From assembly GCF_009914755.1 (NCBI RefSeq), contig NC_060926.1: a DNA stretch of 64,000 nucleotides. One strand, written 5' to 3'. The position numbers and the translations under genes were made by a program. This document shows, piece after piece, positions 52,160-64,000 of this stretch. This stretch comes from the human T2T-CHM13v2.0 reference genome, Homo sapiens. The notes beneath the pieces are model-generated. The model was not told the DNA's origin. It saw only the letters and a list, made by a program, of their open reading frames with translations, and did no database searches. How positions within the stretch are numbered: the stretch's first letter is position 1; the number at the start of each line of letters is the position of its first letter.

Positions 52160-55100
52160 TACTTATTTATTTATTTATTTATTTATGTATTTGGTTACAT
52201 GAGTAAGTTCTTTAGTGGTGATTTGTGAGACTTTGGTGCACCCAACACCTGCGTAGTATACACTGCACTGTATTTTTAGTTGTTTATCCCTTGTCCCTCT
52301 CCCACTCTTTCCCCAAGTCTCCAAAGTGCATTGTATCATTCTTATGACTTTGTGTCCTCATAGCTTAGCTCCCACATGTCAGTGAGAACATACGATGTTT
52401 GCTTTTCCATTCCTGAGTTACTTACTTCACTTAGAATAATAATATTCAATCTCATCCAGCTTGCTGCAAATGTCAATTCGTTCCTTTTTATGGTTGCATA
52501 GTATTCCATTGTACAACTATACCACAGTTTCTTTATCCACTTGTTGATTGATGGGCATTTCTGTTGGTTCCACGATTTTGCACTTACCAGCTGTGCTGCT
52601 ATGAGTGTGCAAGGATCTTTTTCATATAATGACTTATTTTCCTCTGGGTAGATACCTAGAAGTGGGATTGCTGGATCAAATGGTAGTTCTACTTTTAGTT
52701 CTTCAAGGAATTTCCACACTGTTTTCCATAGAGGTTGTACTAGTTTATATTCCCACCAGCAGTGTAGAAGTGTTCCGTGATTACCACATCCACTCCAAAA
52801 TCTACCGTTTCTTGAGTTTTTGATTATTGCCATTCGTATAGGAGTAAGGTGGTCTCAGTGTGGTTTTGATTTGCGTTTCCCTAATCATTAGCGATGTGGA
52901 TCATTTTTTCATGGTTTTTGGACATTTGTATATCTTCTTTTGAGAATCGTCTATTCATGTCCTTAGCAAACTTTTTGATAGGATTGTCTGTTTTTTTCTT
53001 ACTGATTTGAGTTTGTTGCAGATTCTGGATATTAGTCTGTTGTCAAATGTATATGTTGGGAAGATTTTCTCCCACTCTGTGGGTTGTCTGTTTACTCTGC
53101 TGACTGTTTCTTTTGCCAAGAAAAGCTCTTTCGTTTGATTAAGTCCCAACTATATATTTTTGCTTTTGTTTTGGTTTTTTTTTGGTTTGGTTTGGTTTTT
53201 TTGAGGTGGTGCTATCTCAGCTCACTGCAAGCTCCGCCTCCTGGGTTCAAGCAATTCTCCTACCTCAGCCTCCCAAGTACCTGGGATTACAGGCGTATGC
53301 CAGCATGCCCAGCTAATTTTTGTATTTTTAGTAGAGATGAGGTTTCACCATGTTGGCTAGGCTGGTCTCAAACTCCTGACCTCAAGTGATCTGCCTGCTT
53401 CAGCCTCCCAAACTGCTGGGATTACAGGGCGAGCCACTGCGCCTGGTCTATCTTTCTTTTTATTGCATTTTCTTTTGGGTTCTTGGTCATTAAATAAATC
53501 CTTGCCTAAGTCAATGTCTAGAAAGGTTTTTCCAATGTTATCTTCTAGAGTGCTTATAGTTTCAGCTCCTAGGTTTAAGTCTTTGATCCATCTTGAGTTG
53601 ATTTTTGTATAAGGTGAGAGATGAGGATACAGTTTCATTCTCCTCCATATGGCTAGCCAATTATCCCAGCACCATTTGTTGAAAAGGGTGTCCTTTTCCC
53701 ATTCTGTGTTTTTGTTTGGTTTGTCAAAGATCAGTTGGCTGTAAGTATTTGGCTTTATTTCTGGGTTCTCATTCTGTTCCATTGGTTTATGTGCCCATTT
53801 TTATACCAGTACCATGCTGTTTTGGTGACTATGGCCTTGTAGTACAGTTTGAAACCAAGTAGTGTCATGCCTCCAGATTTGCTCTTTTTGCTTAGTCTTG
53901 CTTTGGCTATGAGGGTTCTTTTTTGGTTTCATATAAATTTTAGAATTGTTTTTTCTAACTCTGTGAAGAATGATGGTGGTATTTTGATGGGAATTGCATT
54001 GAATTTGTAGACTGCTTTTAGCAGTATGGTTATTTTCACAATATTGATTCTACTTATCCATAAGCATGAGTTGTGTTTCCCTTTGTTTGTGTCATCTATT
54101 TCTTTCAGCAGTGTTTTGTAGTTTTCCTTGTAGACGTCTTTCGCCTCCTTGGTTAGGTATATTCCTAAGTACTTAATTTTTTTTGCGGCTATTGTAAAAA
54201 GGGTTGACCTGTTTATTTGTTTCTCCGCTTGGTCACTGTTAGTGTATAGAAAAGCTACTGATTTGTGTACATTAATGTTGTATCCAGAAACTTTGATGAG
54301 TTCTTTTATCAGCTCTAGGAGCTTTCCGGAGGAGTCTTTATGGTTTTCAAGGTAAACAATCATAGCGTCAGCAAACAGGAACAGTTTGACTTCCTGTTTA
54401 CCGATTTGGATGTCCTTTATTTCTTTCTCTTGTCTGACTGCTTTGGCCAGGACTTCAGTACTGTGTTGAAGAGGAATGGTGAGAATGGGCATTCTTGTCT
54501 TGTTCCAGCTCTCAGAGGGAATGCTTTCAACTTGTCCCCGTTCAGCATTATGTTGGCTGTGGGTTTGTTATAGATGGTTTTTATTACATTGAAGTATGTC
54601 CCTTGTATGCCAATTTTGCTGAGAGTTTTAATCATAAAGTCATGCTGGATTTTGTTGAATGTTTTTTCTGCATCTATTGAGATGCTCATGTGATTTTTGT
54701 TTTTAATTCTGTTTATGTGGTGTATCACATTTATTGACTTGCCCATGTTAAACCATCCCTGGATCCCTGGTATGAAACCTACTTGATCATGGTGGATTAT
54801 CTTTTTGATATGTTGTTGGATTAGGTTAGCTAGTGTTTTGTTAAGGATTTTAGCATCTATGTTCATCAAGAATATGAGTCTGTAGCTTTCTTTTCTGGTT
54901 ATGTCCTTTCCTGATTTCGGTATTAGAGTGATGCTGGCTTCATAGAATAAACTAGGTAGGGTTCCTTCTTTCTTTATCTTGTGTAATAATTTCAAAAGCA
55001 TTGGTACCAATTCTTCTTTGCATGCCTCATAGAATTCTGCTGTGAATCCGTCTGGTCCTGGGCTTTATTTTGTTGGTAATTTTTTAACTACCATTTCAAT

Positions 55101-58100
55101 CTTTGTGCTTGTTATTGGTCTTTTCAGGGTATCTAATTCTTTCTGATTTAAGCTAGGAGGGTTGTATTTTTCCAGGAATTTATCCATTTCTTCTAGGTTT
55201 TATAATTTATGTGCATAAAGATGTTCATAGTAGCCTTGAATGATCTTTTGTATTTCAGTGATGTCAGTTGTAATATCTCCTGTTTCTTTTCTTAATGAGA
55301 TTATTTGTATTTTCTCTCTTATTTTCTTGGTTAATCTTGCTAATGTCTATCAATTTTATTTATCTTTTCAAAGAACTAGCTTTTTGTTTCATTTATCCTT
55401 TGTATTGATTTTGTTTTCAATTTCATTTAGTTCTGCTCTGATCTTGGTTATTTCCTGTCTTCTGCTGGGCTTGGATTTGGTTTGTTCTTGTTTCTCCAGT
55501 TCCTCGAGGTGTGACCTTAGCATGTTAGTTTGTGCTCTTTCAGTCTTTTTGATGCAGGCATTCAGGGCTATGAACTTTCCTCTTAGCACTGCCTTTGCTG
55601 TATCCCAGAGGTTTTGATAGGTTGTGTCATTATTATTGTTCAGTGTAAAGCTTTTAATTTCCATCTTGACTTTGTTTTTGACCCAATGCTGATTCAGGAG
55701 CAATTTAATTTCCATGTATTTTCATGGTTTTGAAAGTTCCTTTTGGAATTGATTTCCAGTTTTATTCCACTGTGGTCTGAGAAACTGTTTGATACAATTT
55801 CAATTTTCTTAAATTTATTGAGGCTCGTTTTATGGCCTATCATATGGTCTACCCTGAAGAAAGTTCCATGCACTGTTGAATAGGATGTGTATTTTGTGGT
55901 TGTTGGGTGAACTGTTCTATATATATCTGTTAAGTGTATTTGTTCCAAGGTATAGTTTAAATCCATTTTTTATTTCTTGACTTTCTGATCACTGTCTAGT
56001 GCTGTCAGTGGAATACTGAATTTCCCCACTATTACTGTGCTGCTATCTCATTTATTAGATCTATTAGTAATTGTTTTATAAATTGGGGAGCTCCAGTGTT
56101 AGGTGCATATATATTTAGGTTTGTGATAGTTTCCTGTTGGACAAGGCCTTTTACCATTATATAACATTCCTCTTTGTCTCTTTTAACTGCTATTTGTTTT
56201 GTCTGATATAAGAATAGCTACACCTGATCGCTTTTGGTGTTTATTTGCATGAAATACCTTTTTCCACCCCTTTACTTTATGTGAGTCCTTATGTGTTAGG
56301 TTAGTCTCCCTAAGGCAGAAGAAAGCTGTTTGGTGAGTTCCTATGTATTCTGCATTTCTGTATCTTCAAGTGGAGCATTTAGGCCATTTACATTCAATGT
56401 TAGTATTGAGATGTGAGGTACTATTGCATTCATTGTGCTATTTGTTGCCTGTGTACCTTGGTTTTTTGGGGTTTTGTTTTTGCTTTTGAATTTGTGTTTT
56501 TGTTTTATAGGCCCTGTGTGATTTATGCTTCAAAGGGATTCTGTTTTGTTGTGCTTCCAGGGTTCGTTCCAAGATTTAGAGTTCCTTTTAGCAGTTCTTG
56601 TAATGGTGGCTTGGTAGTGGCTAATTCTCTCAGCATTTGTTTGTACTGAAGAGATTGTATCTTTTCTTAATATATGATGTTTAGTTTCACTGGATGCAAA
56701 ATTCTTGGCTGATAATTGTTTCGTTTGAGGAGGCTGAAGATAGGACCTCAATCCCTTCTAGCTTGTAGGGTTTCTACTGAGAAATCTGCTGTTAATCTCA
56801 TAGGTTTTCATTTATAGGTTACCTGGTGCTTCTGTCTCATAGCTCTTAAGATTCTTTCCTTCATCTTAACTTTAGATAACCTGATGACAATGTGCCTAGG
56901 CAATGACCTTTTTGTGATGAATTTCCCAGGTGTTCTTTGTGCTTCTTGTATTTGGATGTCTAGGTCTCTAGCAAGGCTGGGGACATTTTCCTCAATTATT
57001 CCCCCAAATATGTTTTTCAAACTTTTAGATTTCTTTTCTTCCTCAGAAACACTGATTATTCTTAGGTTTGGTTGTTTAACATAATCCCAGACTTCTTGGA
57101 GTCTGTGTTCATATTTTCTTATTCTTTTCTCTTTGTCTTTGTTGGATTGAATTAATTCGAAGAACTTATCTTTGAGCTCTGAATTTCTTTTTTCTACTTG
57201 TTCAATTCTATTGCTGAGACTTTCCAGAGCATTTTGCATTTCTATAAGTGTGTCCAATGTTTCCTGAATTTTTTATCATTTTTTCTTTAAGCTATCTATT
57301 TCCTTGAATATTTATTCCTTCACTTCTTGTATCATTTTTTAATGTCCTTGCATTGGGCTTCACCTTTCTCTGGTGTCTCCATGATTAGCTTAATAAGTAA
57401 CCTCCTGAATTCTTTTTCAGTTAAATCAGGGATTTCTTCTTGGTTTAAATCCATTGCTAGTGAACTAGTGTGGTTTTTGAGGGGTGTTAAAGAGCATTGT
57501 TTTATTATATTACCAGAGCTGGTTTTCTGGTTCCTTCTCATTTGCATAGGTTCTGAGGGAACCTCTGCATAGTCAGAGAGAAGGTCTAGGGCTGAATGCT
57601 ATTGTTCAGATTCTTTTGTCCCACAGGGTGTTCCCTTGATGTAGTACTCTCCCCCTTTTCCTATGGATGTAGCTTCCTGTGAGCCAAACTGCAGTGATTG
57701 TTGTCTGTCTTCTGGGTCTAGCCACCCAGCAAGTCTACCTGGCTTGGGGCTGGTACTGGGGGTTGTCTGCACAGGGTCCTGTGATGTGAACCATCTGTGG
57801 GTCTCTCAGCTGTGGATACCAGCACCTGTTTCAGTGGAGGTGGCAGGGGGTGGTGAATGGACTCTTTGAGGGTTCTTAGCGTTGGTGATTTAATGATCTA
57901 TTTTTAGGCTGGTTGGCCTCCTGCCAGGAAGTGGCACTTTCCAGAAGCATCAGCTGTGGCAGTATGGAGGGGAACCAATGGTGGGCTGGGCCCTAGAACT
58001 CCCAAGATTATATGACCTTTGTCTTCAGCTACCAGGGTGGGTAGGGAAGGACTATCAGCTGGGGTCAAGTATAGGCATGACTGAGCTCAGACTCTGCTTG

Positions 58101-58983
58101 GGCAGGTCCTCCCGGAGCTGCTATGGGAGATGGGGGTGGGGTTCCCAGGTCAATGGACTTATGTACCTAGGAGGATTATGGCTGTCTCTGCTGAGTTATG
58201 CAGGTTGCAGGGAGGCAGGGTGGGGGAAGCTAGCAGTCACAGACTTCACCCAGTTCCCATGCAAACCTAAGAGCCAGTCTCATTCCCACTGTGTCCGTCA
58301 CTAGCAGACCTGAGTCTGTTTCCAGGCTGTGGGCGAACTGGGCTTCAGAATTTGCCTCAGGCTACGTGCCTCTCAGCTGTGAAAGAAAAGGGCTTGGTTC
58401 TTCCCCTGCCTGTGGAGTCTGCTCACCAAATTTGCTCCCTCCCCTGAGTTCTGGCCAGGAGGCTTCACGCCGAGTTCAAATTGTTATGAAGTTCAGCTGG
58501 AGATTTCCTTCTCCCTGTAGTGTTCTCCACCCGCCAGCTCCTCTGGTCACCCTCCCGATGGATTCCTGTGGTGCCAGGCAGGAATGAACTGCCTGGGGAT
58601 GCAGCGAGCTCCCAGGACCTTACCCACTGCTTCCTCTACCCAGGTATTTCACTCGGCTCCCCAAATTGACTCAGCTCCAGGTAAGGTCAGAATCTTCCCT
58701 CTCAAACAGACCTTCAGTTTCTCCAGTGGGCGTATGTGTTTGAGAGAGGAGGATCTCCGTTTCCCTCTTCTGCAGTTGAGGCACTCACAGTATTTGTGGG
58801 GTTGGTCTCCTGGGTCCTGCAGGAGCAGTCTTCTTCCTTCAGAAGGTTTGTGGGTCCTCTCAGGATTGCTGGTTTGTTCTTACAGTTGATCTGGAGCTAA
58901 AATTCACATGCAAGCCTCTGCAAGCTGCTCTGTTCTTCCGAGTCAGAGCTGCAATCTAGTCCTGCCTCCTGTCCACCATGATC
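52160..58983 (-). mobile_element. Near full-length, inactive L1PB1 (L1PBa-type 5'UTR)
   Basis: L1PB1-type 3'UTR (GGTTACATGAGTAAGTTCTTTAGTGGTGAT). ORF2 pieces: RT with [11 protein letters not shown] (53929-54492) and [12 protein letters not shown] (54417-55010); endonuclease with SDHSGIKLEIN (55694-55966). ORF1 pieces at 56808-57257 and 57332-57547. ~1.4-kb 5'UTR; many stops and frameshifts. Confidence 0.92.
53164..53448 (-). mobile_element. AluSz-like element inserted in L1 ORF2, with a ~35-bp deletion next to the tail
   Basis: GACCTCAAGTGATC; the T-tail joins directly to GAGGTGGTGCTATCTCAG. Confidence 0.88.
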
Positions 58984-59393
58984 ATCTACAGGAGAAATTT
59001 ATCCAGGATCCAAACAAAAAGGAGCTGGATTCTCATTTATAAATTTGTAAATCATTTATAAATTCACATGGCAGGTTTTCTTCTAAGAAATGCTCAGGAT
59101 TAGGCTTATTTCATTGGTCTTTCAAAATGAGGGAATTTTTTCAGGCCATCTTATTCTAGTACCCGTGTAACATAAAGGCAAAGGCTAAAGAGGGATTCTA
59201 TGCCAAAACACAGTAAAATAACAGCCTTTAAATTTAGAAAGACAGCTTCAGTCAAAAAGTTAAAACACAAAGGAACACAATTACAATTAATAAGACCACC
59301 AATTTGATCATAATCTTCTATAAAAAGTTGTATCCACATCCCCCTCTGGTGTACATATTGCATTTACATTTCCGTCAGCACCCTGCGGTAAAA

Positions 59394-59437
59394 CAGTAAA
59401 ACATTATCTACCATATCAGTAAAACATTATCTACCAT
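59394..59437 (+). repeat. 21-bp near-tandem duplication
   Basis: CAGTAAAACATTATCTACCAT twice, separated by AT. Confidence 0.9.
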
Positions 59438-59460
59438 CAACTGCCTTGTCAGTGAATTTT

Positions 59461-59853
59461 TTGTCTGACTTTTTTGTTAGGTTCAGAGGGTACATGTGTA
59501 GGTTTGTTACATGAGAAAATTGAAAGTCACTGAGGTTGGGGGCATAAATGATCCTGTCACCCAGGTAGTGAGCACAGTATCTGATGGGTAGTTTTTCAAA
59601 CTATGCCCACCTCCCACCCTCCAGATCATTCTATCAAAAATACACATTCATTCGTATGCTCATTGCACCACTATTTGCAATAGCAAAGACATGGAATCAA
59701 CCTAGATGCCTATCAACAGTGGAATGGATAAAGAAAATGTGATACTTATACACCAGGGAATACTATGCAGCCCTAAAAATTAAATGAAGTCATGTCCTTT
59801 GCAGCAACATGGTTGCAGCTGAAGGCCATTTTCCAAAGTGAATTAACATAGGA
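59461..59853 (-). mobile_element. L1PA15/16-type insertion with 5' inversion (twin priming)
   Basis: Antisense 3'UTR at 59461-~59622 fused to a sense ORF2 C-terminal piece at ~59623-59853; 12-bp TSD TCAGTGAATTTT. Confidence 0.88.
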
Positions 59854-60429
59854 TCAGTGAATTTTAATGACAAGGAAAAAATACGTTGACTTCGTTATGT
59901 GACTTTCAGTAGGAATGGCATTCCTCCTCAGTGAGGGCTGCTATGTTCTGCCCATTCCTTTTTATGCTAGAATTGGAGAAGTTAAGAATTTGTTTTACAA
60001 GGCTATAATTTTCATATAAAATTGTGTCACCTGACCCAAGTCTTAGAGGTGAGGGCCAGCAGGGAGAGAAAGGAAAAAGTAACTTCCCCAGTAGTTAGAG
60101 CCAGAATACAAATGGAAATGGAAGAATTAACTTTAAGAAAAGCAAAGTCAAAATGAAAAGAGGTAAGATTGGATGCAGATGCCAATATAATGTTCAGGTG
60201 AAAGTAAGCAGAAAGTTTTAGCTAATCTCACCTGACAGTCCCTATTTTCTCTGTGAAATAGAAGCAAGGATGTCTCAGCATGAAGGTAGAGAAGATGGAG
60301 GAAACAGAGGAGGACCTGCTTGTAAAAGTCATTGTGGGAACTAAGAGGGAGAATGAATAGCATGATTTGTATAACTGTATGATCTAGGATTGAGTGATTT
60401 TTCCAAGCCGAAGTATCAACGTGAGACAA

Positions 60430-60640
60430 AAACATGAGAGACAGAATGCGTTTCGGAGTCATACTGCTCTGGTCTCAGATATCTGCTTTTCCTTCTAGCT
60501 ACGTTTTCTTTGGCAAGTTACTTAATATGTAAACTGCACGTTCTCTATTGGTACTAGTGGAATAAGAGTGCCTAGGTTACAGGGTTTGTGAGGATTAAGC
60601 AAAGGAATGCAAAGTGCTTGGCATATTGTAGATAATGAAT
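60430..60640 (+). mobile_element. MIR SINE
   Basis: TTGGCAAGTTACTTAA...AGGGTTTGTGAGGATTAAG...AAAGTGCTTGGCATA. Confidence 0.75.
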
Positions 60641-61157
60641 AACAAAAGCCACCATAATAGGAAAATAAATGGTCCATAATAAAAGTGTAAATTTGTGAGT
60701 ATTCACTGGATTTAGAAGAACAGCAATACAAAATGAAAGTTAAAATACTAGATGAAAATGAATTAAAATAATTATTTGACATTAAGATAATTGGGTTTAT
60801 AGGCAAGAGTAGTAGTTTGTTGCCGTGATGTAACAGCTGATTTTATTCTATCAGTTAATTTCAAGTAAAGTCATAAGTTTAGTTTTAAAAAAACATAATT
60901 TCATTTTTAAAGAGCTTTTTATTTGTAAAATATGAATATAGAAGTAAAAATATCTCAATATTTAAATTTTATATAAAGTAAATAATTAAAAATTCAATTT
61001 CTTCACTCCCCAAACTCTTTTTGCTGAACTCACTTAAGTCTTCATTGCAAAGGAAAACCAATTTTCTCTTTCTCTCTCTTTTTTCTCTCTCAATTTATCT
61101 TTTACTAACAATTGTATCTAAAAATTGTGTTTCTTTTAATCATTCTCTTCTATACTG

Positions 61158-61345
61158 AGGGCTGGCAAATGACTACCTGTAGGCTAAATGTAGTTTTTAT
61201 AAATAAAGCTTTATTAGAACACAGTGACCCTCATTCATTTACATATTGCCTATGGCTGCCTTCATGATATGACAAGGTTGAGTAGTTTTGACTAACCACA
61301 GGGCTGCGAAGCCTAAAAAATTTACTGTCTGGCTCTTTACAGAAA
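61158..61345 (+). mobile_element. MER58A hAT-Charlie MITE
   Basis: GGGGCTGGCAAA...TTTATTAGAACACAG...TTTACATATTGCCTATGGCTGC...TGGCTCTTTACAGAAAA. Confidence 0.85.
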
Positions 61346-61530
61346 ATCTTTGCTTACCCAGGTTTACTTTGGCCTAATCTGTTGCTTACTCTTCTTTACT
61401 TAACTTAGTGTTATGGTTGTCTCTCTAGGTCAATATATAGGTGTGTTTTATTTATTTAAATTATTTCAGATTATACTCTGAAATTATTCATGTTAATTTG
61501 TTTAATCACCATTGGAAGTCTAAATCATTT

Positions 61531-61738
61531 TTAGTTTTGAAGATATACTAAAGTCAGATTTACTAAGTACATATTAATTGCTAGAGTATGGTATATATTT
61601 TTTAGAATGTTATAAGAAAGTAACAGCTTTCTGTAACATATTTAGAGATACTATGTTCCATGAATATTCCAGTTCATTATAAAAAGTAATGAAACCATGA
61701 GGAAAATTCAAGTGAGTAAAAATAATATTATGAAAATG
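61531..61738 (+). repeat. Copy A of a dispersed ~190-bp duplication (copy B at 63101-63293)
   Basis: Shared AAGTACATATTA...GAGTATGGTATATA...CCATGAATATTCCAGTTCATT...AATAATATTATGAAAATG; about 90% identical by manual alignment. Confidence 0.9.
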
Positions 61739-61829
61739 ACTACTAAAAAACCTAAAATAAAGTTAAATAATGACTCCCAAATTTGAAGGGTATTATATCA
61801 TAGAGCATAGCAAAATTAGTGATTACTAG

Positions 61830-62230
61830 TTATTTTCTCAATAGAAGCCCTGCTCCCCTTTTATTCTTATGGATAGAACTCCAATTTAGCCATGTTCCAG
61901 TTAAACATACCCAGGGCTCAAGGCAGCTAAGGGTGGCCTTGTAATACTGCTTTCCAAGTAATTATGTAAAGAAATGCAGACATGACACCTACGGTTCCAG
62001 CAACCATCTGATAGCCTTGATTTGAGAAGCATTGTTTTAAAGGCTTATATTTTGACGTATGATGGAGTGGGAAGCTAGAAAGTCATGTGTCCTGATCATG
62101 CCTTTGAGCCATAATATTAGCCTTAAACTGACTTGTCCCTAACATTTTGTGGTATGGGGCAATTTAGCCCCTACCTTTTAAAAGCACAATAGGAGAACTT
62201 CCTGTTATTTGAAACAGATGTAGTCCTATC
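61830..62230 (+). mobile_element. LTR33-like ERVL LTR relic
   Basis: CCCAGGGCTCAAGGCAGCTAAGGGTGGCCTTGTAA...CAGCAACCATCT...; weak match. Confidence 0.45.
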
Positions 62231-62379
62231 AAGCAACCAGCAATCTGTAATGTGCTACAATAAGTTCCATTTAGTCCAGAATTAACTTTCTACGTAAGCA
62301 TGTTATTTTTCCCCCAATTACTGTACGAACATTGAACTCAGGAAGTTTTTATAAAGTAGGTATGTAATACATATATCCA

Positions 62380-63098
62380 CAGCTTTAAATCCTATTTATA
62401 CTTCACCACTTCCAAAATTTCTATTTCTCAACCGAAATTATCTTTGCAGATCAAGCTTTACATAACCAACAGATTTTTGTCATTTGGATGTCTGACACAA
62501 ATTTCAAATTTAACACATGCAAAACTCAGTGCTTAATCTTACCTGCCAAATCTCTCTCCTCCTTCAGCCTTCAAAGTCCCCATCTACTCTGTTACTTAGG
62601 CAGAAACTTAGGTCACTTCCTCTTCACACCCATCATTACCAAAATTCAATATGCCATCAGGGTCTCTGAAGTCGGCTTCCAAAATCTTTCTCATCCCTCC
62701 CTTTCAGCATCCATAGAATATGCCATCATTCCCCACGACTGCGTCTGCAATTCTCTCCCGGAATGACACACTCTGCTTTTCCTTTCTATTCCCTCCATTA
62801 TATTCTCTATACTGCCATGATCTTTTAAAAATATAAATAGAATGTTACTACCCTACTTTCAAAGGTTTTCTATTATACTAAGAAAATGGGATCTAAAAAT
62901 GCCCTGCATGATCAGCTCCTGCCAACCTCTCTAACCTCATCTTGTATCATTTTCATGCTTGTTCATTATGTTCACAGCATCCTGTGTTCTTTCAGTTCCT
63001 AAAACACTCTACGTTCTTTTCTACTCATGAGACTCTATACATGCTGAACCTCTTCATTAAATGTCTCCCTAGATAACTATTACTTTTTCTTTAGGTCC
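62380..63098 (+). mobile_element. L2 relic, cut at its 3' side by the duplicated segment
   Basis: ACTTCCAAAATTTCTATTTCT, TTTGGATGTCTGACAC...TCAAATTTAACAC and GCCCTGCATGATCAGCTCCTGCC. Confidence 0.7.
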
Positions 63099-63288
63099 CT
63101 TTAGTTTTATAGAAAGATGTACTAAATTCACGTTAATTAAGTACATATTAACAATTTCCAGAGTATGGTATATATCTTTTAGAATGTTACAAGAAAGCAA
63201 CAGCTTTCCATGAATATTCCAGTTCATTTTAAAATAAAAAGTAATGAAACCATAAGGAAAATTCAAATGCATAAAAATAATATTATGA

Positions 63289-64000
63289 AAATGGGCTGTA
63301 CCCTGTAGCATTCTGAGGAAAGGCCTGAATTCTGCGAAGGGAAAGTGGTAAAAGTATTGTCCAGTCCTTTTTAAGTTGGTGGCTGAGCTTGGTGAGGTGT
63401 GTTTTTAAAAGACTTTTGGTTGTTCTACCTTTCCTGAAGACGGAGGACTGTAAGGTATATAAAGGTTTTGCTGAATACTAAGAGCCTGAAAAACTGCTTG
63501 GCTGATTTGACTAATAAAGGCCGGTCTGCTATCGGACTGTATAGAGGTGGGAAGGCCAAACCGAGGAATTATGTCTGACAGAAGGGAAGAAATGACCATG
63601 GTGGCCTTCTTAGACCCTGTGGGAAAGGCCTCTACCTATCCAGTGAAAGTGTCTACCCGGACCAAGAGGTATTTTAGTTTCCTGAATTGGGGCATGTGAG
63701 TAAAGTCATTTTGCCAGTTCTGGGCAGGGGCAAATCTCTGAGCTTGATGTGTAGGGAAGGGAGGGGGCCTGAATAATCCTTGAGAAGCAGTAGAATAGCA
63801 CATGGAACACTGAGAGGTTATTTCCTTGAGGATAGATTTCCACGATGGAAAGGAAATGAGAGGTTCTAAGAGGCGGGCTAGCGGCTTATACTGTAGCATA
63901 GCCTGCCTTTGCTGGTGTGTGGCGATTAGGCCTGGTGGAACTGCCATCAATAAACCAAGTGTGATCAGGGTGAGGAACAGGAAAGAAGGAAATATGGGGA
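63289..64000 (-). mobile_element. HERV-H internal pol/integrase remnant, 3'-truncated; continues beyond the window
   Basis: Integrase motifs in the - strand ORFs (QCSMC, WQNDFTHMP, YLLVRVDTFTG, IIPRFGLPTSIQSD, SSGKVE). No env or LTR7 lies to the left of 63289. Confidence 0.92.

Noticed and set aside
52342-57547. ORFs with reverse transcriptase, endonuclease and ORF1p similarity as a possible active or novel RT system
   Set aside because: They are frameshifted, stop-ridden pieces of one old L1PB1 with a mutated catalytic motif and an Alu inserted in ORF2.
59866-59915. Faint CR1/L3 RT-like stretch (GTTGACTTCGTTATGTGACTTTCAGTAGG)
   Set aside because: Too short and degenerate to call without a profile search.

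Overview
This is AT-rich, repeat-dense primate nuclear DNA, almost certainly human because it carries a young AluYb-lineage insertion with a perfect target-site duplication (TSD). I find no host protein-coding gene, rRNA, tRNA or CRISPR array. The long ORFs in the track are transposon-derived (L1 ORF1/ORF2, THE1 internal, LTR12C, HERV-H integrase, Alu), and the rest look like chance ORFs, so the window reads as intergenic DNA or a large intron. Main contents: 9 Alus, a near full-length L1PB1/L1PBa, a twin-primed old L1PA, L1M/L2/MIR relics, MaLR LTRs including a full THE1B provirus, MER53/MER58A/MER5 DNA-transposon relics, a solo HERV-W LTR17 interrupted by a solo HERV9 LTR12C, and a 3'-truncated HERV-H at the right edge. 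I cannot support a new biological system. The best leads are (1) the nested LTR12C-in-LTR17 cassette, in which the LTR12C poly(A) signal is mutated; (2) a ~190-bp local duplication welded to the HERV-H breakpoint; (3) several templated-insertion/template-switch scars; (4) a recursive-splice-site-like motif; and (5) the possibly polymorphic AluYb8. Repeat subfamily names come from recalled consensus sequences, not from a RepeatMasker run, and boundaries of old repeats are approximate.
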